Source: Spirochaetia bacterium | GTDB lineage: Bacteria; Spirochaetota; Spirochaetia; UBA9216 | Length of the DNA stretch: 64,000 bases | Reading direction: 5' to 3' | NCBI GenBank assembly: GCA_963675665.1 | Contig: OY776510.1 | Span: 3,008,001-3,072,000 of the forward strand | Shown here: in pieces, positions 29,546 through 42,500 of the stretch | Numbering within the stretch: position 1 is the first letter of the stretch | How the letters are laid out: each line of letters begins with the position of its first letter | Translations under genes and position numbers: made by a program | The notes under the pieces: model-generated | The model's input: only the letters and a program-made list of their open reading frames with translations | What the model was told of the DNA's origin: nothing | Database searches by the model: none

Positions 29546-30682
29546 ATGAAAAGAAGGGAAATGGGGATTATTATTACTGTGCTGAAAAAAGAAACGGGAT
29601 CGATGTGGTTTTTTCTTCTGCTGGGAAGTCTCGTCAAAAAGAGAAGGATTTTTTCCCGGACGTCATGGGCCGGGAAGGAAACAAAGGAGTCCCGCTATGT
29701 TCAGCGCCTGGCTCCCGTTGCCGCGCTGTATGGAATTCTGCTGAAGAAAATGGAGAGAGGACAGGCTTTCCGGATCATGTCGGAAATCATCGTTGCCATG
29801 GGGACATGTGAACAGTGGGAGAACCTCCGATCTCTCGGTGTCGGCGACAAAACGGGAATAGCACGGCTGAAGGCTTTTTATCATTTTATGGGAGAGGGAG
29901 GATCGGGACAGTTTGTCACAAGAAATCTGGATACGGATTCGGAGAAGTGTTTGCTTTATATTGTCCGGGACTGTCCGTTCGCGCGATTTTTCACCGAGGT
30001 CGGCTGTCCGGAACTGGCATCGTGCTTCTGCAAAATTGACAAAGCCTTCTTCCCCGCGGCCATTCCCGACTATGAATTTTCAAGAGAGAACTCCTGGAAA
30101 AATACATCAGCCTACGGACGGGATCACTGTATCTTTAAATTCACCTGGAAAGATTCTCCCGATGACTGCTATTACCGGGAGACGCCGCTGCTGGATTATA
30201 CGCATCCCTCAATCCAGATGCTCTTTGAACGGCTTGATATGCCCTATCGTTCCGATGATGAAAAAATCAGCCATTTTTATGAATTTGTCCGAAGGGAGCT
30301 GCGTCCGGTCCGCGGAAGTCAACGAAACAGGAAATCTGCATCCGAAATTTTGAAAAAGCGGAAGGGCGATGACCCGGCGAGGACAATCCTTTTCATGGCA
30401 TTGCTTCGTGCGGGGGGGATTGCCTGCCGTGTCCGTTTCTTTGCAAAGGATCGAAAATTAATGTCAAATACAGTGATATATCACCGGAATGAATGGATTT
30501 GTGCTTCCGCATGGACTGATTCTTCCGAGGGATCATCCCCGGATCCGGTCGGCTGGAAAGGAAAAGAGTGTTCCGTCGGCAGGAATGGCATTCAGGAAGA
30601 ATTCGGGGTCTTTCAGTCCCCCGACGCCTTTTTTGCGGAATATCGCGCGCAGGCATGGGGAAACGGGGCAGGGAATCATTGA
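29546..30682 (+). CDS. Fusion of ATC-hydrolase-like domain and degenerate transglutaminase-like domain
   Basis: VRDCPFARFF..PELASCFCKID...GRDHCIFKF; then ETPLLDYTHPSIQ..YEFVR..ASEIL..LFMALLRAGGIACR. Confidence 0.7.
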   Translation: MKRREMGIIITVLKKETGSMWFFLLLGSLVKKRRIFSRTSWAGKETKESRYVQRLAPVAALYGILLKKMERGQAFRIMSEIIVAMGTCEQWENLRSLGVGDKTGIARLKAFYHFMGEGGSGQFVTRNLDTDSEKCLLYIVRDCPFARFFTEVGCPELASCFCKIDKAFFPAAIPDYEFSRENSWKNTSAYGRDHCIFKFTWKDSPDDCYYRETPLLDYTHPSIQMLFERLDMPYRSDDEKISHFYEFVRRELRPVRGSQRNRKSASEILKKRKGDDPARTILFMALLRAGGIACRVRFFAKDRKLMSNTVIYHRNEWICASAWTDSSEGSSPDPVGWKGKECSVGRNGIQEEFGVFQSPDAFFAEYRAQAWGNGAGNH

Positions 30683-30824
30683 TATTTCACAGGATTAACG
30701 GTAACACTCTTCATAACAGGAGCATAACATTGTGAGAAAGTCCGGCGAACGAAAAAACAATTGTAATTAATTCGGATAACAATATTTAAAGAATTACTAT
30801 ATAATATGAATCAAGGAGCATGGT

Positions 30825-31178
30825 ATGTTAGTTGAATTTAATAATGTTCGACAAATTCCGGATGAAGGTTTAAGGAGATGGTTTAAAGACGAGGAATTTG
30901 ACTTAATAGTCTGGTATGAGAATGATGAAATAACAGGTTTTCAGCTTTGCTATAATAAACTGAAAGAAGAAAAAGCATTAACCTGGTTTAAAAGCGGGAG
31001 CTATATTCATAATAAAATTGATGACGGAGAAGAGCCTTACTGTAATAAAATGACCCCGGTTCTGGTTCAGGACGGAGTTTTTGACAAGACGAAAATAGCT
31101 GAAAAATTCAAGCGGCATGCCGGGAATATTGAACCGGGCTTGGGTGATTTTGTGTATAATAAACTATTGGATTATTAA
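30825..31178 (+). CDS. Conserved hypothetical protein
   Basis: AAGGAG RBS; RRWFKDEEFDLIVWY..GFQLCY..ALTW; TATAAT upstream. Confidence 0.75.
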   Translation: MLVEFNNVRQIPDEGLRRWFKDEEFDLIVWYENDEITGFQLCYNKLKEEKALTWFKSGSYIHNKIDDGEEPYCNKMTPVLVQDGVFDKTKIAEKFKRHAGNIEPGLGDFVYNKLLDY

Positions 31179-31509
31179 TACTGTTCTATTGAAACGGATC
31201 TGATAGAGATATTCCGAGCTCCATTACTGATCCGTAACAAGCCTCGAAGACCCGGCCGTTTTTGATACTTATAACGTTGCTATATGGAATTTAGGGATAT
31301 ATATGTAAATGGGCATGTAGTTGTGTTTAAAAGTAAAAAATACTGACAATTGTTTAGTATAAGTAAATATTTGTATATATTTCAGGAAGTGTAATGCAGT
31401 AATTGTTTATATAGTAAGAAAATATGTATATGTTAGATGTTTAAGATAATAAATAATAAAAGTTGATGATAATTGTAAATGATGTTATTTTATTATCGAG
31501 GAGTTTTTA

Positions 31510-32235
31510 ATGAATTTAAAGAATGGTATACCCAAGAAAATTACTCCAGATCCTATAATCGATGCAAATTTTGAAATAAGATTTCAGTCTGATTACCCTG
31601 AAAATGCAGTATTTGGGGTTATATATGGTAAAATAAGTGAAGGATATCCTGAATTTAAAAGTACTGGCATCCCTAATGAATTACGTCAAAAGGACCCAAA
31701 CTTGAGATATATGGCAGAAGCTCATATTAGTAATGAGAAATTTATTATTGGAATATCTAGCCGTACATTTTTCATAGGATGTAAAGGTGACTACAAGGGG
31801 TGGAACGATTATAAAATTGAAATTGATAGGGTTCTGAGTAATGTGTTAGATGATCCTAGAATATTTAAAAAAATTGATAGAATAGGTATGCGATATATAA
31901 ATTTCTTTCCAAATGAAAAAAGTATGAATCATACTACTGAAATGAAAATTGATTTTACAAATTCTGATGAATTTGAATTTATTAATACACAAACTCGTGT
32001 TGAATTAGAACGGAATGGATATAGAGCAATTTTAAATTGTGCAGATAATGCTAAAGTTCTAAATAGACAGGAAGAAGGTAGCATTGTCGATGTTGATATT
32101 TTTAAAAATATAGAGGAGTCAATTAATAAAGCTGATATTATGAATATTGCAGAAGAATTACATGATAATGAAAAATATTTATTTTATTCAATTATTAATC
32201 CATCGATAATAGAAAATAGGAATCCCGAATATTAG
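31510..32235 (+). CDS. TIGR04255-family protein in an AT-rich island
   Basis: PKKITPDPIIDANFEIRF, YKGWNDY, IDRIGMRYINFF, VDVD, LHDNEKYLF; GAGGAG RBS. Confidence 0.8.
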   Translation: MNLKNGIPKKITPDPIIDANFEIRFQSDYPENAVFGVIYGKISEGYPEFKSTGIPNELRQKDPNLRYMAEAHISNEKFIIGISSRTFFIGCKGDYKGWNDYKIEIDRVLSNVLDDPRIFKKIDRIGMRYINFFPNEKSMNHTTEMKIDFTNSDEFEFINTQTRVELERNGYRAILNCADNAKVLNRQEEGSIVDVDIFKNIEESINKADIMNIAEELHDNEKYLFYSIINPSIIENRNPEY

Positions 32236-32247
32236 GAGAGTTTTATA

Positions 32248-32781
32248 ATGGTAACAATGAATTGTGTACCTAAAGAGAGCCAATGCAAATATTGGATAGA
32301 TTCTGAAATTGGTACCTGTGCTCCATCAATACAGCCCATTTTAAACGAGGGTATTATTGATAATAATATTGAATTAGAAAAGTATATTAGCAGGCTTTCT
32401 GATTATTCTCTTCCTATTTTCCTAAAGGATATTGATATTTTTACTGAAAAAGTTTCTATATTATCCGAAAGCTTTGAAGGGGAAATAGAAAGAAAGAACA
32501 TTTTTATACATTCTATAATTCAAGAGCAAATAATGACTTTATTTCAAGATTTGGTTTTGTCAAATTATATTTTGGCTTCATTGGAAATTGTTGATAATGA
32601 AAGTATTTTTTTTAATATAAAGTATAAGGATGATATAAATATTCATGTTGATGTCTATTTAGAGGATGAAGAATTATTTGGTAATGAAATATATTATGTG
32701 GTTTATAAAGGTGATAATTTCCTGAAAAATGGAGAAACAAATTTATTCAATCTAAAAAAGGTAATTGTAGAATATACTTAA
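32248..32781 (+). CDS. Acidic hypothetical protein
   Basis: AGGAG RBS; stop adjoins the next start; AT-rich like its neighbours. Confidence 0.75.
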   Translation: MVTMNCVPKESQCKYWIDSEIGTCAPSIQPILNEGIIDNNIELEKYISRLSDYSLPIFLKDIDIFTEKVSILSESFEGEIERKNIFIHSIIQEQIMTLFQDLVLSNYILASLEIVDNESIFFNIKYKDDINIHVDVYLEDEELFGNEIYYVVYKGDNFLKNGETNLFNLKKVIVEYT

Positions 32782-33395
32782 TGGAAGGCTTATACCCAAA
32801 AGAAATTTTACCTGAAGATAATTATATAATTATTGATAGGGATGACTATACGGAAGATTTATATTTTTCAAGAAGAGCAATAGCAAATGATCAGTTAGCA
32901 GATGATTTAGGAGATGTAAGAATAGATGCAATAATTACATCTTCGCAAGATTTATATGGGCTTTCATTAAATTTACTTGGTAGATTTAATGCAGAGCATA
33001 ATTTTTATATTGTTGATAATAAATCTGGATTATTGGATCTTTGGGCGCCAGGGATGGACATACCAGATCCTGAAAATATTGAATATGAATATGAGAAATG
33101 TGCATTATTATTTCTTGAATTATCAAAAATAAATGGCTGTGATTATCCTTATCACTACTCGAATAGCGAATATAATGGAAGAGGAAAAGTTATACATAGT
33201 CCTATAAAATGCAACTACTGGCATTATGAATTGAAATTTATTGATAATGATGGAAAAGAAATAACTAGAGATAGTAAAAAATGGAAGCGTAGTGCAGCAA
33301 AATCTTTTATAAAATCATATTTAAAGAAGCATATAAAATTAGTAAAACCAGACTATAAATTGCTCGATGAATCGTTTTATATAAAAATTGTATAG
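32781..33395 (+). CDS. Hypothetical protein, possible ADP-ribosyltransferase-like fold
   Basis: Coupled to the previous gene; spaced motifs YFSRR, GLSLN, HSPIKCNYWHYEL (fold call is inference). Confidence 0.6.
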   Translation: MEGLYPKEILPEDNYIIIDRDDYTEDLYFSRRAIANDQLADDLGDVRIDAIITSSQDLYGLSLNLLGRFNAEHNFYIVDNKSGLLDLWAPGMDIPDPENIEYEYEKCALLFLELSKINGCDYPYHYSNSEYNGRGKVIHSPIKCNYWHYELKFIDNDGKEITRDSKKWKRSAAKSFIKSYLKKHIKLVKPDYKLLDESFYIKIV

Positions 33396-33575
33396 ATAAT
33401 CCATTTAACAAGAGATTTGCAACAGTACTTGGTTTAAAGATAGAGAAGATTTATTGTAAATGAAGAAAAAACAAAAATTTTTTGATTTTTAAAATATTTC
33501 ATGATAGGCTTGTATAAAACAAACGTCAGCTAATAAAGATAATTTAAAAACGCTAATTATAAAAAGGATAGTTTT

Positions 33576-36500
33576 ATGAAGGGTGTCCGTAGTCTTTTTA
33601 CGGTGCTTCTCTGTTTTTACTCGTTTATTTTGATATCAAATGTTATTTCGCAGGACTCAGAGTACAATCACGCTGATATATCTTTTGACAATGTTCTTTT
33701 CAGATCCTACCTTGATACGGCGGACAAGAGAAAATCCTCGGAGCAGTGGCTCGATTACGCACGCTTCGGGCTTGAGAGCGCGTTATCTTCGTGGGAGAAG
33801 GAAATCATTCTGTTGCTGGGCGATGATTTCGATCTTTCAGATCTTCGCGATGACGCAGAGACGGAGCTTGACGAAATTCTGAAAGAGCGCTATGCCGAAT
33901 GGCTCAACAATAATTTTTTTAATTCGGTTGATCCGCCCTCACTGGGGGCTTTGAGCAGCGAGATAGTCGCGCTGAACGGGCAGTATCTGTATGAGACGGA
34001 CAAGAACGGGAATATTACATACAAGACAACAGTTAACTATTCCGATGTTTATACGACCGACGCGACGGGAAACGAGACGCTTGTACAAAAGGGCGAGAAG
34101 ACGCTCTGGGTCGAGGGGGTAAAGTCGAAGATTGCCGAACTTCTCGATGCCTGGAGTCAAAAAATGACGACGGCCTTTTCGGAGTTAAGGGCTTCAGTAA
34201 CGGAACTGGCCCTTCTTGAAGAACTTGAGCAGGATTACCTGCGCGATTATGAAAGCTATCAGGATAATTACCGCGATGAGCTTTACCGGCTCTACAATAC
34301 CGAACAGAGCAGGTTCACGAGGTTGAGGCTCTACGACCAGTATTCGCTTGAGCATCAGAGCGGGCAGGAAACTGCGTCAAATATATCGAACGAGCTTATT
34401 GCCGCGACCCGGGCCGAATTGAACAGTAAGCTTGAAGCGCTTGTAAGAGGATTAAACGCACAGGCTGCGTCCGGCGAAAGCGGCAACGGAATAGTTAATG
34501 CCGAAGACTGGCGCGAGTCTTTCTCGACTCTGCTTACGCTGGGAATGAACAGTTGGGACGAGGCCGAGCAGGAGCTTCTGATGAAGCGGATAGAATGGGA
34601 GCAGGACGCCGCAGGCGAGGTCTCCGACGGGGAAGAAGCCTGGGCGGACGCCTTCCGTCAACTGTCTGAAAAACGTACCGAGTGGATGAACGAATACCGC
34701 CGGACGCTGCAGGAAGGAAACCTGCTGTGGGCCGAAGAGAGCCTGGAGCTTGAAGAAGCAATAGCAAAGGCCGTGTCCGAGATAGATGAAAGCATAGCGA
34801 ATTCCGGGGCTTCTTTGCAGAGCCGGATAGACAACCTTGTAGGAATGCTTTTACAGTCTGTAAACATGATGCGTACGGCAAGGACCAGCTGGGAATACTG
34901 GATGGATCGTTTCGACGAGGGCGAAAAAGGTTCGTTTGATACGAGAGGAATAGATTTTGATCCGGATTCGATGCTGGCCGTTACGGAGGAAGTTAAAAAC
35001 AGACTTGATGAAGAAAAGCTGAATGAAAAATATTCAACCATTGCAGCTTATTCGGATTATGATCAGGAAGCCATGAAGCATGCAATGGCATGGATAGATG
35101 ATAAATACGGAATATATACGGAGGGATTGTGGTCCGAACCTCTGTCGTACTCAGACAAACTTGATATCTTCAATTCATATGACCCTTATAAATATAATAT
35201 CCCATACTATGGTCTTAATCCATATTATCTCTATAATGTCAGAAACCAATATTTTTCGGCTATTGACGATCTGTTTTCTGAAATGGCGGTACTTGGTTCC
35301 GTGCCTCAGACCGGAAGCGATGTTTATGACGAAGCCGTATACTGGATAGATATGTTCAGGACCTATCAGGAGTATGCCCTTGACGCCCGGCAGGGGCTTG
35401 CTGAAACCTACGGGATAGTTGTTTTTGACAATGCCTCGCTTCAGACGGCCTTTAACGGAGACGAGCTGAACGATGCCCTGCTTGATAATGATCTTTTATT
35501 CGATCAGGATTCCTGGGAATCTATTTATCTGGATGAGTATCAGGTGGAGCTTTTAAAGGCCAGGGCATACATGCAGTACTGGCGGAAACAGCAGGAGATT
35601 GCCCGGGCTGTCTATGATTACGCGGCCGACAACTCTTCCACCAAGGAGAATGCCGGGGTTACTTTAGGAAGACTCGCCGATGCGAAGGCAGCCTATGAAG
35701 AGGTCCTTGCCGAATACTCCGATTGTCTCGACAGGCTTTCGAACATCAGCACCGACCTTGAGACGCTGCAGGCCGATATGCAGACCATTCAGGAAGAGAT
35801 AGACGGTTACCAGCAGCAATTGGACGACGTTCGGTCTCAATATAACAGTGCAATCACCGATCTCGATCTGGGCAATGCGGAATACCTTGCCGGACAATAT
35901 CGCGAATACTACATCCGGCTTCTGGAAAGTATGGGCATGACAGGAGATTCTGAGGAAAGTCCGTCGACTGCGCTCGAAGAATACCTTCTTGCGGCCTCGG
36001 AATACGGGCTTGAAGACCGGATCTCGCTTGTATCAAACAGGATTGTCGGGCTTTTAAGCGGCGGCGAGAATACAAACCTGGACGGCAGCATGTTCAATCC
36101 GGAAACCGCGTCGCTGTCCGAGCTTGGAAGACGGATGCAAACCGTTTCGGACGCAGGCTTCATTTCGGGCCCTTCAACGGATGAGCTGTTCGGGTTTGAA
36201 GGAAACGAAGAGGCGATTGATCAGTTCAATGCCTATCTGTCCGACAAACTGCTTCTGCCGATGAGCGATTACCGCCATGACAAGCTGATTGAATACTTTA
36301 CAGCCTATACCGACGCGGACACGGAAGAGATTGAAAAGAGCAGGCTGCTCTGGCAGATGCAGCTTATTGCGGAGGAAGTCCGAAACGAAAACAGCATGAA
36401 CTATGAGCTGAGGCTGGCGGAGCTCAGACTTCTTTCGACCGACGACTTTTCGTCCTGGGCACAGCAGCACTTCGGCGACGAAGCGGCTGATGCCGATCCT

Positions 36501-39500
36501 GAAGGATTAATCGGAAGCGCGGAAGAATCCGGGCTGACCGGTATTACCGAAGCAGTTGTGCGGGATTTACAAGTGTATGAGGAAATCCTTGAACTGTATC
36601 AGCAGCAAGCCGATTCGGGCGGCGGGGAGTTCGTAATATATGAATGGGGTTCCGCACCCGGCGACACGCCTCCGGAACTTTCGAAACAGCAGGCCCTGCA
36701 GATTCTGTGGGACTACAGGGGCGGCGATACAGATGAAGAAACCGCATCGGACATTTTCGGGGTAGTCGAATCGCTCGGGGCCCTTGTTTCCTGGCTTGAA
36801 TCCCTCGGAAGTCTTGATGATGATATATCCGTACTCGAATCGGCAGTGCTTAATCCCGACGAGGCCCTGGGGCAGCAGTATCTTAAAGCCTGTCTAAGCG
36901 GACGCCGTAATCTTGCAACCGATATGGGCGATATGTATTCAGTGATCTATTCCGATTCCGTCAGCAGGCAGAAATACACAAAAGGGTTTGCCGAATTGTT
37001 GTCGGAAAATATCGATTACGCGCCCTGTCTGTCGGCTTACGGATATGAAAAATCCCGCGCGGGGCTGATAGAGATGCTTGCGCAGTTCGGGATAATAGAT
37101 GCCGATACCCTGATTTTTCATGCTCCCGAGGCCGTTTGGGAAGTCCGGGGATTTTCAACCGTCGAGGAAGTGGCCGGTTTCTTTACCGGGCTTGATAAGG
37201 CGGCATCGGGCCTTCAACTGCCTGAATATCTTGCGGAGATCTTTGAAGGGTACAGAGGCGAGCTGAAGGATTATTTCGCTATAAGGACCGCTTCGGCATT
37301 TTTCGGGGAGTTTTCCGGCGATCCGGGTCCTGTTAACGAAAAAATCAGGCTTGTAACGAACAGCATGAGCAGTCTGGGAGCGTTGACGGGCACACTTCAG
37401 AAAAGCAGTGATCAGAGCGTGAAACTTTTGGCTCTGGCCGTCTCCGATGATGTTTCGGACGAATTGCGGGAGGAAGCGGATTTTCGGCTGATAGAGACCG
37501 CTGGATTCGATCTGGCGGCCGACGCTCTGGACACGGACGGTTTCAGCGGCGCCGGGGCTGAATGGAACGAATTGTTCGACAATTATATATCAGCGGTGAG
37601 GACCGGCCTTGGTCAGGAAGACGGAATAGAGGACTACCGTTCGGCCATGACAGACCGGGCAGCGGAGCTTTGGGAGCTGTCTATTGCACTTGCCGATCCT
37701 GATTCGGTAGATCCGGACAGCGCTCCGGAACAATGGCTTGAATCCTACAGCGCCATGATCTGGAACAGTTTTGACTTTGACGAGGCGCTTGACCGGATTA
37801 CCGGGACCGACAGTACGATAAATATTTCTCAGCTTGAGCAACTTCGAATAATAGATCAGCTGATGCCCGAAACCGCAGGCGATTTTCCTTCCGATGTTGA
37901 GCTGGAGTGGCTTTACGAAGGAAATGAGGTCCTTCGTGAAGTTGATTCGATGATAGTCCTGGGACTGCCGGAATTGTGGGCCGGCGATTCGTTTGATATT
38001 GCGGAAACCGTAAAAAGCCGGTACTACAGTGATGAAGATATAAGCATAATGGAAGATATGCTTGTTTTGTCGATTGAAGAGTCGGAAGCAGGCGTTACAA
38101 CTGTAGACAAGGCCGTACAGCTCTGGAATGATCAATTCGACGGCGGTTTGGCGGACGGAAGCATTGACGGACTCCTGAAGGCCTTCTGCGGACTGGGGCT
38201 TATAAACCCGGCTGTGGAAGCGGCAGGGGAGTATTCGGCAGAATACGGATATGAAGACCTTCTTGACGAACTTTTGGCCGGGGCAGTCCTGAGCGAAGAC
38301 GATCTGGCCATTTTGGAGGAGGCTGTCCTGAATCCGGCGGAAGCCCTTGAAGCACGGCTTGACAAGCTTGCCGAGCTTGATGCCGAAGCCCTGTCGGGTG
38401 AAGAGCTTTACTGGAACCTTGCCTGGAATATCCGCTCGGACGCTGCGGAAGACGACTATTCCCGGACTGCCGCGCGCGGCGCCCGGATTTTTGACGATAT
38501 TGAAGCTGCCGGAGTAATCAGTAACTGGATTTCAAGCTTTGACGAAGCAGGTTTTGAATCGTATTCGGAGGAACTTGCGGACCTTTTTGATTCACAGATG
38601 AGCAGGATTGCAGGGCTTGCCCAAAGCCCGGCCGGAGGCGTCTATGCCTCCATAGCGGCATGCGGTATCGGCGAGGTACTGGTTGAGCAGGCCGGATATT
38701 CGGATGCGGACGCGGCTGATTTTGTAAACTGGTTTATGACAAAAAAAGGTATAGACGAAGCATTCGACCGGGAATCGTTGACCGATTATCTGTCGCTGGA
38801 ACCGGATGCGCGTTTTTATTCGGTTTTGGCCGATTATCCCGATGCGGCAAGCCACTATCTAAAGAAACAGATAGCGGAAGGAGCGTTTACCTCAACAACC
38901 CTGTCTGTTTTACTTGACTCCGTCAATCTTGCCGATGAGACGGAGGCGGAACTGGTTGAAATTCAGGGAATACTCGATGATGTAGAAGTCTATAACGAGC
39001 TTCTGCATGGAGATTTCGAGGATTTTCTTGACGAACGTTACGGCAGTGAAGAACAGAAGCGCACGGCGCGCGAGATCTACATGAGGTTTATGGGCAGCGC
39101 GGAGGTCCAGTGGGATGATGCCGTGTTCATGCTGTCTTCGGGTTGCGGAGCAGGCGCAAGGGAGATTCTTGATAACCTTTCGTTCAACCGGACAAGGGGC
39201 AGCAACCTTAGCGGGCTTAATCCCGGATCGGGAACAGGCTCAAACGAAGTGTTCTTAAACGAGGCCCTGATGACGATCTATGAGAAACTCTACGAAAGAG
39301 ATGACGCGCTGACGGCTGAACTGTCCGCTCTTCAGTCGGAGAGGGACCTTCAAGTCAGAGCAGCGGACTATCTCGGTTCTCTTGAAACTATCGATTCCGA
39401 CAACTGGCGAAGCTTCCTGAACGATGAATGCCTGTCCTCCGAAGACGATGAGCTGAATCTGGTTCCCGCTTCGACGGTTGATTATAATTATTCTGATTAT

Positions 39501-42500
39501 ACAAGAAATCTTCAGATAAACAATAATGACGGGGACCCGGTTTTTCAGAATTTTGATTCGCTTACGCTTTTTTCCGGCACGGGTAATGACCAGCTGAATA
39601 TAATTCTGGAAGCCGCAAACTCGTATCTTGATTACGCGGCATATCTGACCGCGGCAATCAACAGCTGGGACGACGGAACAATTTCGGCTACCGAAACCAT
39701 GAGAACCCTTCATGAAGGGCTTGGTTCCGCAGACGGCAGTGATTTCCGGAACAGCCTTGAATCCAAATCGTATGCTGAAATAAATCAGGCCTATTCATAC
39801 GAGATCGACGCGTCGGTTGAAAACGGATATAAAGAAGCCCGGAGTGAGTTTTATAACCTTACGGCAAAGATAGAATCAATTAAGGAAAGCCTTTCAAACT
39901 TCGGCTACAGAAGGGCGCGGCTTGTCAGAATGGCTGCTATGGGAAGTAGTGAACAGCTTGCGGAGCTCCGGCCCCTGAACGACGAGATAAGCGCGCTTGA
40001 GGCTGATATCGACGCGGCCCAGGCTGAATGGCAGGAGCTGATAGACGGCGCCGACGGATACAAAACGCTTGAAGAAGAATACGCCGGTGTTTACGCGCAG
40101 ACAAAAGCCGCCCTGGAGGAACTGAATGTACTGAAGCAGGAGTATTCTACTGCAAGGGCGATATACGAATACGCTTCGGCAGGCTACCTGAGTATAGACG
40201 ACGAAATACTCAGCGAGTTTGACCCGGTAGAGACCGGCGCCGAAGACGATTCAACAGCGCCGGAAGACGATGAAACCGAGGTAGAAAGCGGAATAACCGG
40301 CGGAACAATGGTGGCCTCTGATGTTGATCTAGGTGAACAGACCGCGGATCAGGTCTACCGCGATGCCCTGCTTGCGACCATCAACAAGGTAAGTCCCGCG
40401 GAAAGGCTTGTATATATAAATGAAAAGCTTGCAAGGGCCGGGGCCGCAAACGATGCGCTTGAGACGATAATAAACGGAGGCTCCGTGACCGGGTCAATCT
40501 ATTCGAAAGACGAGGTCTACCGGGCTTATTTCGATAATTACCTTGAAACCTTCCGCGAATCGCTTGTGTTGAACAAGATCAATCTCGTGCTCAACAAGGC
40601 AATCGCAAGGCAGGAGACCGTGACCCGTGAAGCCCTGTCCGACTGGAATACGGCGATTAGCGAAAGCTATGGAACGCCGGGCTATCTTGATTCAGAAGGC
40701 AACGCAATCGTTCCCGCCGGACTTGACTCATGCTCTATAGTACAAAATGCCGACGGAAGCCGGGACATAAACTGGGACGGCGCCGGCTCTAACGCGGAAA
40801 CATTCAGGCAATATTTTGAAGCAAATGAGAACTCCGAAACCGGTTCAAGTGATTTTCAAAACGATCTGATGCTCTGGCTGGAAAAAGTCAGCGGGATAAT
40901 GAACGGCAGCGGGGCCCGGGACCTTTTCACAACCTGGGCCATGGCGCTTAAATGGGAAGAGTTCCAGGCAGCAGGAGCCCCCGGCGATATAAACGACAAT
41001 TTCTGGACTGATTTCCTGAATAAAAACGGCGAAGGCGACCTGGACCGCGAAGGCGCCAGGACCCTGCTCATTACAGAATGGCAAAACGCCTTTAATAAGG
41101 TTAATTCCTGCACCGGTGAAAATAAACGGCTGTACAGTTTTTACAAGCTGCTCGATAAGGGCGGAATAATGCAGCTGAATACTGAAACAACAACGGGCGA
41201 CAGTTTTGAGACCTTTGATCTTCTCGGAGAAAATGAAAGCGTGATTCTGGCAAACCAGTATTTGTCGGATGAATATAATCAGGATGCCAATAACTTTTTT
41301 ATTGCCTCAATTCCAATGTTCAGCATGGCCGTAGCATATTTTGCTGCGGCAACACTTGCGCTTGCAATTCCGTTCAACTGGGTTGCCGCCATAATACTTT
41401 TCGCTTTGGGTACGGCAGCGGCCCTGGGCGGGGCTCATATGGTTGGAGAAGGAAACGCGAAAAAGGCCGCTGCAGATTATATTCAAAATAAGATTGTAAA
41501 ACCTGCGGAGTATAACAGTACGAAGTTTATGCTGAATTTCAAGCAAAACACATCATTGATTCTTGATAAGAAACAGGTGTATGAAGAAGAGTTCGCGAAA
41601 TTACAGAGGATGGAGGGAGAAGCCGACGGTGATGAAATCCTCACCGACGAACAGCGAATCGGGCTTTTAAAAATCTCGACTATTGAAGCCTTTAACAATG
41701 AAGGTGAAGATCTTCATGCCCTTCTGTTTCAGGGCGGACTTGTATCGGAAACCGGAAATACCGACGCTGATACCGCGGCGCTTGAAGCGCTGTTTGGCGA
41801 TTATCAGGAAATGATGGACCAGAGCGAGAAGGACGAAAGTGTCAACAGCAGCCTGTTTATAAGCGCGCTTGAAGAAGAATCGCAGGACTACAAACAGATT
41901 ACCGCGAGAGAGCTTAACGATTACCTGACCGGAGAAGACGGCGTTGCAAGAGAGCAGGTCGAGGCGGAAGAAGTGTACCGGAGTGCATACTATCAGTATC
42001 TGGCCGAAGAAATAAGCCTTGAGGAATTTGAAGAAGCGGCCGAATCGGCATTCGGAAACCCCGCCTTCTCGGTAAGGGAACACATGCTGAGGCTGTATGA
42101 ACAACAGGCCGGGATAGCGGAAATAATAATGGGCAGCGATCAGTTTAACGCCGCCATAAGCGCCGAGTTGCTTGAAAGCCGGGAACTCCTGCTATGCGGA
42201 AGCGGGAGCCGAAAAGGCATTTATGATTACAAGATGAGCAATTACCGTGAAGTCAGGATGTACGATCTGCAGATGCTGCAACTTGAAATGAACGAGAAAT
42301 ACCGCAACTGGGAGAACCGGATGAGGGCCATATCGGCACGGGGCGAGCTTGAATGGAGCGCCGGCGAACGGAAGCTTACCAGGAAATACACCGAATGGCA
42401 GAAAGAAACAAAGCGCCTGTACAACAGGCAGTCCGAAGCCTGGGACGATAAATACCTTGACTTTCTGAGCGATAAACAGGCATGGCTTGATGCGGTAATG

